Positions 47,415 through 56,305 of a stretch of 64,000 bases of DNA are shown piece after piece. Made by a program: the position numbers and the translations under genes. Below the pieces are notes generated by a model. That model made no database searches. It saw only the letters and a list, made by a program, of their open reading frames with translations, and was not told where the DNA came from. Numbering within the stretch: the stretch's first letter is position 1; every line of letters begins with the position of its first letter. Source of the DNA: Candidatus Paceibacter sp. (GTDB lineage: Bacteria > Patescibacteriota > Patescibacteriia > Magasanikbacterales > UBA922); NCBI GenBank assembly GCA_020725175.1, contig DYFM01000007.1, forward strand, positions 1,054 to 65,053. The letters run 5' to 3'.

Positions 47415-49095
47415 TACTACTCTTCTTCACCATATAACTCCCAACCTTCCGATACCCTAACTTCCGATAATACCCACGAACTCCCACTCCAGAAATAACG
47501 GCAACTTTCGAGAAGCCGTTTTTTTGCGCGATTTTTTCCGCTTCTGTCATAAGTTTTTTTCCATACCCTTTATGTTGAGTAGCCGTACTATCCTTGTCGC
47601 CTATTTTTACCAACTGACCATACACATGCAATTCCCGAATAAAGGCACAGTGTTTTATTTCAGGCATGAGTTTGAATAATTGTTTTCTTTGTTCTACCTG
47701 TTTGGGATCTTTGATAAGTGATAGGTTTGGAAGTCTCAATCGTAGGAAGCCATATACCGCAATTCGGTTTGGATCTTCAAGAGTAATAAAATACTCTATT
47801 CCGCCATCAGTTTCGTAGGTATCTACAAAAAGTTCTGGTTCAGTTTCTTGAGGAAGGTATTTTTCTTGTCTGGTAATTTCACGACAGCGCAAGCAAACAC
47901 ATTTTTTTCCTTGTTTTTTTAGTTCGTGCTCCAGAACCTCCCGTAAATTGGTCACGATATTGCCATCTTCAATTTCCGTAGCCGGAATATCTCTGATCAG
48001 ACGAGAGATACGGCAGTAGCGTGGTGTAGCCAGTTTCATTTCAAGTAGAGCATGAAACAACGCTTCATCGCCGTATGATTTATACCGTCCATCGAGAAAC
48101 CACTGATACAGCTCGGCTGATTTGATAACCGTGTTTGGGTATATCTTCACCATGTCCGGACGTAATCCAGGGTCTTCAAATAAAAATTTGTACATCTCCA
48201 CATCATGTTCTGGTGTTGTTCCGGGTAGATCGGGCATGAAATGTAGGTCAACTTTAAAACCAGCTTCACGGAGCAGCCAAATGGCATCTTTAAATTGCTG
48301 AACCGTGTGTCCTCGTTTTACAAGATCGAGAATTTGATCATCTGGGGCTTGAAGTCCTAGTTCTACCCTGGTACAACCTTGTCTACGCATATGGTAAATG
48401 GTTCGCGGTGAAATTGCGTCTGGTCTAGTTTCTAGTGTGATACCAATAATGCGATGCTTGGCTGATTCATTGTAGCGCTGTTCTATTTCCACTGCTTGCT
48501 GTAGTTCTTCTATTTGTTTATTATTCCAATGTGATTCTTTGGTGGGAGGAGTAGGTTTTCGACGGGAAAAATTATTACACGCCTTGAATGATTCAAGAAT
48601 GTACCAGTACTGGTATTTGAGTGGATAGGCGTTCCATGTACCACCTTTGGTGATGTACTCAATTTTGTCAGTGGGATGACCATTGGATTCAAGCATTTCG
48701 ATTCGTTTTTGCATCAGAAGATATGGATCAAAATCCAGCCGAAGAGAACGAGCTGCTGCTGGTTCAGAGGCTATATAACTTTTCGGCATGCGTGTTTCGG
48801 TTGGACAGTAGATACACTTACCTGGACAGGTATACGGTTTTAGAAGGGAAGTAATTACAGCTATACCCGAAGTGCTACGAACGCCGGCTTTTCGGAGAAA
48901 CATTTCCACAGCTTCGCTTTTTTTAACCCTTTTCATTTTCAGTAATTTCTGATAGGATTGCATGAGCTCTTTATTGGTTGGTTGAGAAATGCCGAGCTGA
49001 CTACAAAATTTGTTCTTCAACCGTTCAAAAGCAGCCCGATCCTTTGGATTGTGCTCTATAATAAGAGAAATTATTTGATCAAAATTACTGTTCAT
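47353..49095 (-). CDS. elp3: Elp3-like radical SAM + GNAT protein (tRNA wobble-uridine modification enzyme homolog)
   Basis: Radical SAM cluster CPGKCIYCP, radical-SAM core blocks and a C-terminal GNAT (QHKGYGKKLMTEAEKIA). 580 aa. The 3' end overlaps the queH 3' end by 62 nt (convergent). Confidence 0.8.
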   Translation of the reverse strand: MNSNFDQIISLIIEHNPKDRAAFERLKNKFCSQLGISQPTNKELMQSYQKLLKMKRVKKSEAVEMFLRKAGVRSTSGIAVITSLLKPYTCPGKCIYCPTETRMPKSYIASEPAAARSLRLDFDPYLLMQKRIEMLESNGHPTDKIEYITKGGTWNAYPLKYQYWYILESFKACNNFSRRKPTPPTKESHWNNKQIEELQQAVEIEQRYNESAKHRIIGITLETRPDAISPRTIYHMRRQGCTRVELGLQAPDDQILDLVKRGHTVQQFKDAIWLLREAGFKVDLHFMPDLPGTTPEHDVEMYKFLFEDPGLRPDMVKIYPNTVIKSAELYQWFLDGRYKSYGDEALFHALLEMKLATPRYCRISRLIRDIPATEIEDGNIVTNLREVLEHELKKQGKKCVCLRCREITRQEKYLPQETEPELFVDTYETDGGIEYFITLEDPNRIAVYGFLRLRLPNLSLIKDPKQVEQRKQLFKLMPEIKHCAFIRELHVYGQLVKIGDKDSTATQHKGYGKKLMTEAEKIAQKNGFSKVAVISGVGVRGYYRKLGYRKVGSYMVKKSSTTYLNTHNHNTPADTSLVLS

Positions 49096-49109
49096 ACTAG
49101 TACATATAA

Positions 49110-49245
49110 TCCAAATCTACACTTCTGAATCTACAAACATGTATCCGAATCTTCGAATTAACGAATCAACGAATCAACGAATGTTTACGGCATTTGTAAC
49201 ATTCGGAGATTTGTAGATTCGGATACAAATTCGTAAATTAGGATG
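49110..49245. promoter_or_regulatory. Family C palindromic motifs (GTATCCGAATCT...TTTGTAGATTCGGATAC plus GAATCAACGAAT tandem) in the divergent elp3 / methyltransferase intergenic region
   Basis: 49210-49226 TTTGTAGATTCGGATAC is the reverse complement of ATCTACAAA + GTATCCGAAT found at 49124-49152. The same motif appears at 52345-52368. Confidence 0.5.
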
Positions 49246-49250
49246 ATACT

Positions 49251-49943
49251 ATGATCTCCCCAAGACAAATTATTGAACAAAACAGAAAGGTGTATAATGC
49301 CATTGCTGCCCATTTTTCGCAAACTCGGGAGTTTGTTTGGGCTGACCTGAAACCGCTCGCGAAGTATACCAGAGATGGGGATACTGTACTAGATCTGGGA
49401 TGCGGGAATGGTCGATTATATCAAATTTTCGCAGATTTGCAAGTTCGGTACGTAGGAATCGATCAAAGTGAAGAACTGATTGCTCTTGCGAAGAAAAAAT
49501 TTCCAGAAGCGCGTTTTTTGGTGGGAAACATGCTTGATACGAGAGTTACCGAACAGTCGGTCGATGTGGTATATTGTATTGCCGCGTTTCAGCACATTCC
49601 GACAACAGAACTTCGTCTACAAGTACTTCGAGAAATTAAGCGGGTGTTAAAACCAGGAGGAACGCTCATTATGACCAATTGGAATTTATACAGTGACTGG
49701 GCACGTAAAAAGTATACGGGAGATGAACAAGGAGATTATTATATTCCTTGGAAAACCTCATTTGGAAAAAATCTCGGGACACGGTATTATCATGGTTTTT
49801 TGTTGGAAGAACTCTTGGATTTGACTGAACAGACAGGTTTTGAGATGTGTGAACAGTATTATGTAAAACGGGGAGAAGTGGCAAGTATTGGAAATGGGAA
49901 CAATATTATTTCTATTGCTAAGCCTGTGGAAAAGTCAGATTAG
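49251..49943 (+). CDS. Class I SAM-dependent methyltransferase
   Basis: VLDLGCGNGR motif I, VLKPGG motif. Confidence 0.65.
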   Translation: MISPRQIIEQNRKVYNAIAAHFSQTREFVWADLKPLAKYTRDGDTVLDLGCGNGRLYQIFADLQVRYVGIDQSEELIALAKKKFPEARFLVGNMLDTRVTEQSVDVVYCIAAFQHIPTTELRLQVLREIKRVLKPGGTLIMTNWNLYSDWARKKYTGDEQGDYYIPWKTSFGKNLGTRYYHGFLLEELLDLTEQTGFEMCEQYYVKRGEVASIGNGNNIISIAKPVEKSD

Positions 49944-50064
49944 ACGGATGTGTTTTCACGTGTTATGCTAAAAAAGGCGATATATATCAGCCTTTTTTAT
50001 TTTTCTTTTTACTGCACCTACATTACTGTTTATTACAGGTAAAACGATATTAGGTATCTTTCCT

Positions 50065-50637
50065 ATGTTTCTCGAGCTACTTGAAATGTATCGGTATCCA
50101 ATTTTATTTATTGGAATGTTGTTTGGCGGCGAAACGTTTTTTGTACCGGCCATCTTTTTATCATTTACCAACGTATTATCGTTGCCGGCGGTCATCGGGA
50201 TAGCACTTCTCGCAACAGTCATTTCTGATTCCGTTTGGTATTATATCGGTATGAAAATACCGGTTGACACAATGCAAACAAAAAAATGGTATCAAAAAAA
50301 TCGTGAAGCGTTTGAAAAAGGGGGAAAATTATTCGATCATCATGGTCCGGTGGTTATTGTCGCTTCAAAATTTGTCTATGGCACCCGTATTGCTGCCCAA
50401 GTGCTAGCCGGAATGAGACGAATGGGATATTGGCGCTATTTATTCGTTAATATATTAGCCATATTGCTTTTGCAAGCGGTGATTGTTCTCATGGCGTATG
50501 TTGTAAAAGGTAGTGTTGAGCAGGTGGCTGATATCTGGAGAGCAACGGAACTTGCCTTTCTGGTTTTTGTGATTATTCTTGTACTATTACATCTATGGGT
50601 AAAGAAATATGTCGACAAGAGATGGTTTCGGCAATAG
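50065..50637 (+). CDS. DedA/VTT-domain family membrane protein
   Basis: GGETFFVPAIF and multi-TM layout typical of DedA. Confidence 0.55.
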   Translation: MFLELLEMYRYPILFIGMLFGGETFFVPAIFLSFTNVLSLPAVIGIALLATVISDSVWYYIGMKIPVDTMQTKKWYQKNREAFEKGGKLFDHHGPVVIVASKFVYGTRIAAQVLAGMRRMGYWRYLFVNILAILLLQAVIVLMAYVVKGSVEQVADIWRATELAFLVFVIILVLLHLWVKKYVDKRWFRQ

Positions 50638-51371
50638 TGCCAGCCTGGAACGAGGCGGCATATATTGGCGCTGTATTATCGGTTCTCTGTTCTCATCCTC
50701 AGATAGATGAGGTGATTGTGGTAGATGATGGATCTACGGATGACACGGTAAGTCAAGCTCAGCGATTTCCGGTTCAACTTATTACATTGCAGAAAAATTA
50801 CGGAAAAGCAAAAGCTATGGATGTGGGAATACGAACTGCTAAGAATAATATTGTTTTGTTTTGTGACGCGGATATTACAGGGTTACATGATAAGATTGTT
50901 TCCACCATGATCAATCCGGTGTTAGAAGGAAGTGTTGATATGTATATAGCCTTAATAGATCAGTGGAGCTATAGACTCAATCAGTGGTTTCATATCTTTC
51001 CCTTGATAGGCGGTGAGCGTGTTCTTCGAAAATCTGTTTGGTTTGATGTACCGGATCCATACAAAAAGAATTTTCAAATTGAAATTGCTCTCAACTATTT
51101 TAGTAAAATTCACGGAAGACGAATGAGTTTTTCTTTGGAAACATTATCTCATGTACGAAAAGAAAAAAAATACGGATGGGTTGTTGGTTCCATCCGGCGA
51201 ATTGGTATGATGTATGATATCGTAGCGATTAGTGTTCGGCTATATGTATTGTATACACTGTATGAATATTTGCGATACAGTAGAACATTGTTTCAAGGAA
51301 GGTACAGTAAATACAAACTGTTGTTTAAGCGTGCAAAAACAAATATAGTCATCCCGTTTAAGGACCGGTAA
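50622..51371 (+). CDS. Family 2 glycosyltransferase
   Basis: VSAIVPAWNEA, VIVVDDGSTDDT and DAD motifs. Confidence 0.7.
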   Translation: MVSAIVPAWNEAAYIGAVLSVLCSHPQIDEVIVVDDGSTDDTVSQAQRFPVQLITLQKNYGKAKAMDVGIRTAKNNIVLFCDADITGLHDKIVSTMINPVLEGSVDMYIALIDQWSYRLNQWFHIFPLIGGERVLRKSVWFDVPDPYKKNFQIEIALNYFSKIHGRRMSFSLETLSHVRKEKKYGWVVGSIRRIGMMYDIVAISVRLYVLYTLYEYLRYSRTLFQGRYSKYKLLFKRAKTNIVIPFKDR

Positions 51372-52263
51372 TTAATGCAACGATGACACCTTCCCAAGAA
51401 TAGCCTTGTTGAACCGCTTTTTTTATTCCAGCTACCGACAGGGCACTGGTATATGAAATTGATAGTCCGGTCGTTTGTTTTACGAGTGTCTGAGCCGATT
51501 GTATTTCATCATTGGAAATAACCCAGCCACTACCATGCGTTTGCTCAATCGTTTGTATTACGGCTATTTTCCGGTGCGCGACATTGTCTACTATTGCTCC
51601 GGCTAGTGAGGTTTCCTCGGTGGTATAGTTTGGGTCAAAATGTTTGGCAATGGCATGACAAACTGTTGTCTGAACGATGTGAACTTGGATGTCTCTGTCT
51701 AATTCCTGAAACGTGTGAGCGAGTGCGAGAGCAGTGGTACCGGATGATGTAGGAATAAAAACTGCCGAGAGGTTGGGGAGTTTTGCAATCTCATTTCCTA
51801 GTTCTTTATATCCGATCAAGGCAAGATCATCGGTTGACTGTCGAAGGTTTACTACTCCTTCTTTTTTTTCTTCCAAAAAAGCTGCTTGTTTTGGTCGTTC
51901 GGTCTGAATAATGGTGATACTGGGATATTGTTTGGCTTTTTGGGTGAGATCTTGGTACTTATTAGGATCAATTCGACTGCCTATGTAAATCGTAAGTTGA
52001 ATAGGGGCCTTCGCATTATTTTGATAATATTTCTCTACAAACGTAGCGGCTGCCCTGGCGGCGTTTCCGGATGAGGAGATAACAAAGTGATGGATACCTT
52101 GTTTGATGTATTCTTTCATCATAAGAGGGATTGACCGTCCTTTGTGCGAACCATAAGGGTGTAAGTCTTCCCGCTTGAGGTATAGTTCTTTTATACCAAG
52201 TGCTTCGGCTAGCTTTGGATATGGTTGTTGGGGGGTCTTCATAATTTCACAATAATGTATCAT
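51358..52263 (-). CDS. PLP-dependent enzyme of the tryptophan-synthase-beta fold (threonine-synthase-like)
   Basis: PYGSHKGRS resembles the PLP-lysine block (PTGSFKDRG). Size is ~300 aa. Confidence 0.55.
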   Translation of the reverse strand: MIHYCEIMKTPQQPYPKLAEALGIKELYLKREDLHPYGSHKGRSIPLMMKEYIKQGIHHFVISSSGNAARAAATFVEKYYQNNAKAPIQLTIYIGSRIDPNKYQDLTQKAKQYPSITIIQTERPKQAAFLEEKKEGVVNLRQSTDDLALIGYKELGNEIAKLPNLSAVFIPTSSGTTALALAHTFQELDRDIQVHIVQTTVCHAIAKHFDPNYTTEETSLAGAIVDNVAHRKIAVIQTIEQTHGSGWVISNDEIQSAQTLVKQTTGLSISYTSALSVAGIKKAVQQGYSWEGVIVALITGP

Positions 52264-52380
52264 CCGAATTTACGAAGGTATTCGAGTCTACAAATCTACG
52301 AATATAACCAATACGCTATAGAATCTTCAGCCAATTCGTATTATTCGAAGATTTGTAGATTCGGATGTGCCTACTCTTGA
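52264..52380. promoter_or_regulatory. Family C palindromic motifs (CATCCGAATTTACGAAGG...GTCTACAAATCTACGAA...TTCGAAGATTTGTAGATTCGGATG) in a divergent promoter region
   Basis: Begins at the start codon of the minus-strand PLP-enzyme gene. Right arm 52345-52368. Confidence 0.5.
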
Positions 52381-52435
52381 TTTATCTTATATGTTCTGAT
52401 ATCCTACTACAATCGTATTCTTAAATCAAGAACGT

Positions 52436-52597
52436 ATGAAATTAGTATGTTTGGAATGTAAAAATGATATTGAGCTAAGAGAGGATCAAGCGAAGCCGGA
52501 GCAGGTGGTGGAATGTGCTATGTGTGGGATTACTTTGTTAATTACTGCGGTGGACAAAGAGGTTGTTGAAGCGGAAATTTTGGATGAAGGAAAGTAG
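52436..52597 (+). CDS. Small zinc-ribbon protein (53 aa) resembling the LysW amino-group carrier family
   Basis: MKLVCLECKNDIELREDQAKPEQVVECAMCGITLLITAVDKEVVEAEILDEGK has CxxC...CxxC spacing and an acidic C-terminus like LysW. Absent from the ORF track (<60 aa). Followed by a strong terminator. Confidence 0.4.
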   Translation: MKLVCLECKNDIELREDQAKPEQVVECAMCGITLLITAVDKEVVEAEILDEGK

Positions 52598-52623
52598 TTG
52601 AAGTTAGTTTGATAAATTCGAAT

Positions 52624-52661
52624 CGCATAGTCTGAATATGGCTATGCGTTTTTTTGTTTTT
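52624..52661 (+). terminator. Rho-independent terminator (CGCATAG-loop-CTATGCG followed by TTTTTTTGTTTTT)
   Basis: 7-bp GC-containing stem, 11-nt loop and a 12-nt T-rich tract, read directly. Confidence 0.7.
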
Positions 52662-52663
52662 GA

Positions 52664-52752
52664 GTCCACCCCCACCCCCACCCAAGGCGGGTAAACAAGG
52701 CGGGTAAACAAGGCAGACAGGTAAGGCGGGCACGTGCGGCAGGGAAATTCAT
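52664..52752. repeat. Family A repeat copy 2: (CCCCA)n followed by tandem 13-bp repeats CAAGGCGGGTAAA and the conserved tail GACAGGTAAGGCGGGCACGTGCGGCAGGGAAATTCATT
   Basis: Same architecture as 12485-12612, with consistent GGA to GGG substitutions in every unit. Confidence 0.8.
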
Positions 52753-52877
52753 TGTGTTGAGGACAGCGGAAGAAGCGGAATCTAAACGGAATTGAACTGA
52801 AAAAGTATTACAACATCTCCGCCTGATTTTTGCTTTTTCTGCTGATTCAACTATCAATCTACGTGAAGAATGTTTTA

Positions 52878-53483
52878 CTACTTTTTACATCGTTTCAGCT
52901 CGGAAAGTCTGGTTGGTTGAATTCCTTTTTGGGTATTTTCTTGGTTGGTGTAATATTCTGATGGTGAAAATGTATAACAACCAACTCTCAGCCAAGTTTG
53001 CCCGGCATCTTTTGTTTCATAGCGCACGAGAGCAGGTGGTTCTTTTTTGGGAAACTGTTCTTTGAGATCAATAAAAATCGATCCGGTTTCATCCGTATAC
53101 ATTCCCACCGGAATAAATGGCTTGGAGAGTTTTTTGGGAAGAGTTAGTTTGGAAGTGTCGAGAAATGGTTCCCATGATTTACCACGGGTAGTACTGAGAT
53201 ATACTGTGCTATTATTGTCTGTTGATGTAGAAAAAGCAAATAAAAACAAAGCTCGATTTAGTTCATAGGTTGAATCAACGTCTTGAGGTGGTACATTTTT
53301 TGGGTATAATCGCTCCGGAAAATTGACAAAATATTGAATTTGTTGTTTGAGTGGAGCGATGGTTTCAGGGGCGAGTGATTCTCGTTCTTTGGGGATTGGT
53401 TTTGTTGTTATTTTTGAGGATGATAAAGAACAGCCTGATATTAGGAGTAGGGATGTGATTAATATTACTAATTTTTTATGCAT
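52878..53483 (-). CDS. Hypothetical lipoprotein
   Basis: Signal peptide with lipobox LISGCS. Confidence 0.5.
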   Translation of the reverse strand: MHKKLVILITSLLLISGCSLSSSKITTKPIPKERESLAPETIAPLKQQIQYFVNFPERLYPKNVPPQDVDSTYELNRALFLFAFSTSTDNNSTVYLSTTRGKSWEPFLDTSKLTLPKKLSKPFIPVGMYTDETGSIFIDLKEQFPKKEPPALVRYETKDAGQTWLRVGCYTFSPSEYYTNQENTQKGIQPTRLSELKRCKK

Positions 53484-53485
53484 AT

Positions 53486-53588
53486 TGTTAATAGACCGCG
53501 GATTTAACGGATGAAACGAATTTTTACTGATCTGTTATTATCCGTTCAATCGGTTTAATCCCCACCCAAGGCGGGCAGGCGTGTTCCT
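53486..53588. repeat. Composite repeat: family B element (CGGATTTAACGGATGAAACGAAT...ATCCGTTCAATCGGTTTAATCC) joined to a family A core (CCACCCAAGGCGGGCAGGCGTG)
   Basis: 53545-53586 is the reverse complement of 44964-45005. Confidence 0.6.
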
Positions 53589-53603
53589 ATTATCTTTTAT
53601 ATG

Positions 53604-54167
53604 TTATTCAAAAAGCATTTTCTTAAATCCCTCAAACTTTTCCGGAAACAAAAACCGCATGCGCAGTAACTCAAACGCAAATTGTTTTTCTACAAAATCA
53701 TCGGATGCTGCAATATTAAGAAATTCATCAAACGTGAGTGCGAGAGGAACAATTTTTTCGCCGGAGTCTTGATTTGGCGCACTTACTTGTTGACAGTCTC
53801 TAGCAATATAGGTGTAGACGGTAAAATCCATTTTGTCAGATGGTTCGTACGTAGAAAAAAGCGTGAGAGATTGTGGAACAAAGCCGGTTTCTTCTTTGAG
53901 TTCACGAAGCGCGCATTCTTCTGGCGTTTCGTTTTCTTTATCTTGTCGGCCACCAAAAAATCCATAAAATTCTTTTGTTTTGACTCCAGATTGCTGCTCT
54001 TTTGCTATGATAATATTGTTTCCTTGTGTTGCTAGAACGCGAATGGAGTTTACGCGCTTCAACATTTCAAATGTTGCCGTCGAGCCGTCAAATAGTTCTT
54101 GCTCCCATTGGTAAGTATCATAAATGATTCCTTGAAAAACTCGTTTTGCATGGGGAGGGAGTTGCAT
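53604..54167 (-). CDS. NUDIX hydrolase
   Basis: Nudix box GGRQDKENETPEECALRELKEETG. Confidence 0.65.
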   Translation of the reverse strand: MQLPPHAKRVFQGIIYDTYQWEQELFDGSTATFEMLKRVNSIRVLATQGNNIIIAKEQQSGVKTKEFYGFFGGRQDKENETPEECALRELKEETGFVPQSLTLFSTYEPSDKMDFTVYTYIARDCQQVSAPNQDSGEKIVPLALTFDEFLNIAASDDFVEKQFAFELLRMRFLFPEKFEGFKKMLFE

Positions 54168-54168
54168 A

Positions 54169-54747
54169 TTATATCATTTTCTTTGGTAAAACAAGAATGT
54201 AAACAATGCTGAGTAGGCAGAGTGTTGCCATAACAAGAAACAATGTAGAAAAACCGGCGTTGGTGGCAATAAAACCGCCGATAAGGGCACCGACTGCCAG
54301 AGTAAAATAATTCATTGCTTCCCATGCCCCCCACTCTTTTCCTTCGCTGTGACCATCGAGATGTTTGGAGTATAATGCATCAAAAGCCGGAGAAGCAATC
54401 GCTTCACCAAGACCAATAAGTATCTGAACAAGTAGGAGTTGCCAGATAGAATCAACGAGCGTGTAGAGAAAAAATGATATACCGATAAACAGATACCCAA
54501 CCACCAGAATATATGCCGGTCGTTTTACCTGATCAACTGCTCGTCCGGTGAGTAGGACCGTAATTCCGGCGACAATAGCGAGTGTGGCTCCAGCAAGACT
54601 TGCATCTAGCAGACTTCCGCCTACTTGTTCTACAAACAGGGCATAAATTGGTCCAAGCATGGCAGCGGAAAGACGAACAAGCGCGTTTGTCAAAAGTAAC
54701 GTCTTGATGGCACGGTTGAAGTGCTTTTTTCGATGGAGGAGGAGCAT
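54169..54747 (-). CDS. MFS-like six-TM membrane protein (half-size; possibly a truncated transporter)
   Basis: Six hydrophobic segments. G..G....P motif between TM helices. Confidence 0.4.
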   Translation of the reverse strand: MLLLHRKKHFNRAIKTLLLTNALVRLSAAMLGPIYALFVEQVGGSLLDASLAGATLAIVAGITVLLTGRAVDQVKRPAYILVVGYLFIGISFFLYTLVDSIWQLLLVQILIGLGEAIASPAFDALYSKHLDGHSEGKEWGAWEAMNYFTLAVGALIGGFIATNAGFSTLFLVMATLCLLSIVYILVLPKKMI

Positions 54748-54849
54748 AAAACGAAAACGTATAAAACTTCTAAAACGTATAAAATAGTGAAAAGAGAAAT
54801 TTGAGAGTTATATCGATGCGAAAAATTGATTTGATCTTGGTATTGAACC

Positions 54850-56259
54850 TCATGACAAACTCGTCACCACGTCTTCAATCATTCCACGGAATCCGTGGGA
54901 ACCTAAGAACACAATCACATCACCAACTTCAGCGCGAGACAGAAGGTGGTCGATGAGCTGTTCATCGTTTTCAATATGTGTGACAGCCGGATGAGTTTTG
55001 GCAATGACTTCTGCCAGCTCCGGACCTTGTACTGGTTGTTCCGGATCTTTCACGTCGATTTTTACTTGAGTCAAACGCGGAATGATGACTTCAGTAGCGT
55101 CAACAAAGGCTTTGTCATAGCCCGGAAATGAGGCCGGCTTTCGATTGCCGGTGTTTGGTTCAAAAACAGCTAAGATTTTTCCCTTGTACACCGAGCGAAG
55201 CGTTGAGAGAATCGATTTTACTTTTTCCGGAGAATGCGCAATGTCGTCAATGACGGTAATGTCTCCGGTAAAGCGTTTTTCCAAGCGTCGTTTTGTGCCT
55301 CTGAATGTTTGGATTGCTTGAATAATTGTTTCGGGATCAATGCCGGCTTCATGTGCAAGCGCAAAACATCCGGTAATATTTTTTGCATTATATTCTCCAA
55401 GCAATGATGTTTCAATGTGGTGTGTTTGGTCAAGATGAAAAATATCAAATGATGATCCATGTTCATGTGTGGAAAAATCACGATATTCATATTCATTATC
55501 AAAACCCGAGCCATAGTGAATAATTGGGCACTTGGCGGCTTTTTCAATATCAATTCCAATTGGAGAATCTGAAGGGATGTCGTCTGAGAGAACGAGAAGA
55601 CCGTTTGTTGGAAGTGAGCCTACTAGGTCGATAAACGCCTGTTGATAGCTCTTCTCTGTTGGGTAGACATCGGCATGATCCCATTTGATGGCACTGAGGA
55701 GAAGGTGAGTGGGTTTGTAATGAAAAAATTTGGCTTTTGGGTCCCAGCGAGCGCTTTTGTATTCATCACCTTCTACGATTGATATGGTGGAGTCGGAAAG
55801 CGCTGCTGCCGGCAATCCATTTGCGCTGAGACCGCCAAACATATATGATGGGTCTTTTTTTGCTTGCGTAAAAATCCAACTGAGAAGCGTGGTGTTACTG
55901 GTTTTACCATAGGTTCCGGTACAGACGATGGATTGCTGTTTGATGAGGTATTGTTCTATGAGTTCGGGGTAGGAGACATACGGAAGTTTATTGACTTCTA
56001 CATACTTCCACTCTGGATTTGTTGACCCGGCCACGTTTCCGACTACCACTACATCGGGTGCGCCACCCTCAATCATTTTTTCCGGATGCCAGCCGGGGTA
56101 GTAGTTTATGCCGGCTTCTTTGAGGTGAGTAGAAATTGGTGGATAAAACCCAACATCACTGCCGGTGACTCGCCAGCCTTTTTTGTGGAAAGCTATAGCA
56201 AGCGCGCTCATAGCGACACCACAGATGCCGATGAAGTGGATGTGTTTTGGTGGAATCAT
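54850..56259 (-). CDS. murC: Mur ligase family protein, MurC/Mpl-like (UDP-N-acetylmuramate--amino acid/peptide ligase)
   Basis: N-terminus IHFIGICGVAMSALAIAF..GSDVGFYPPIST resembles Mpl/MurC. ATP-binding block CTGTYGKTSNTT. 469 aa. Confidence 0.6.
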   Translation of the reverse strand: MIPPKHIHFIGICGVAMSALAIAFHKKGWRVTGSDVGFYPPISTHLKEAGINYYPGWHPEKMIEGGAPDVVVVGNVAGSTNPEWKYVEVNKLPYVSYPELIEQYLIKQQSIVCTGTYGKTSNTTLLSWIFTQAKKDPSYMFGGLSANGLPAAALSDSTISIVEGDEYKSARWDPKAKFFHYKPTHLLLSAIKWDHADVYPTEKSYQQAFIDLVGSLPTNGLLVLSDDIPSDSPIGIDIEKAAKCPIIHYGSGFDNEYEYRDFSTHEHGSSFDIFHLDQTHHIETSLLGEYNAKNITGCFALAHEAGIDPETIIQAIQTFRGTKRRLEKRFTGDITVIDDIAHSPEKVKSILSTLRSVYKGKILAVFEPNTGNRKPASFPGYDKAFVDATEVIIPRLTQVKIDVKDPEQPVQGPELAEVIAKTHPAVTHIENDEQLIDHLLSRAEVGDVIVFLGSHGFRGMIEDVVTSLS

Positions 56260-56305
56260 ACATCTAAAATTCTAACTCCTAAATCTTAAATCTTCATTCA
56301 GAATA

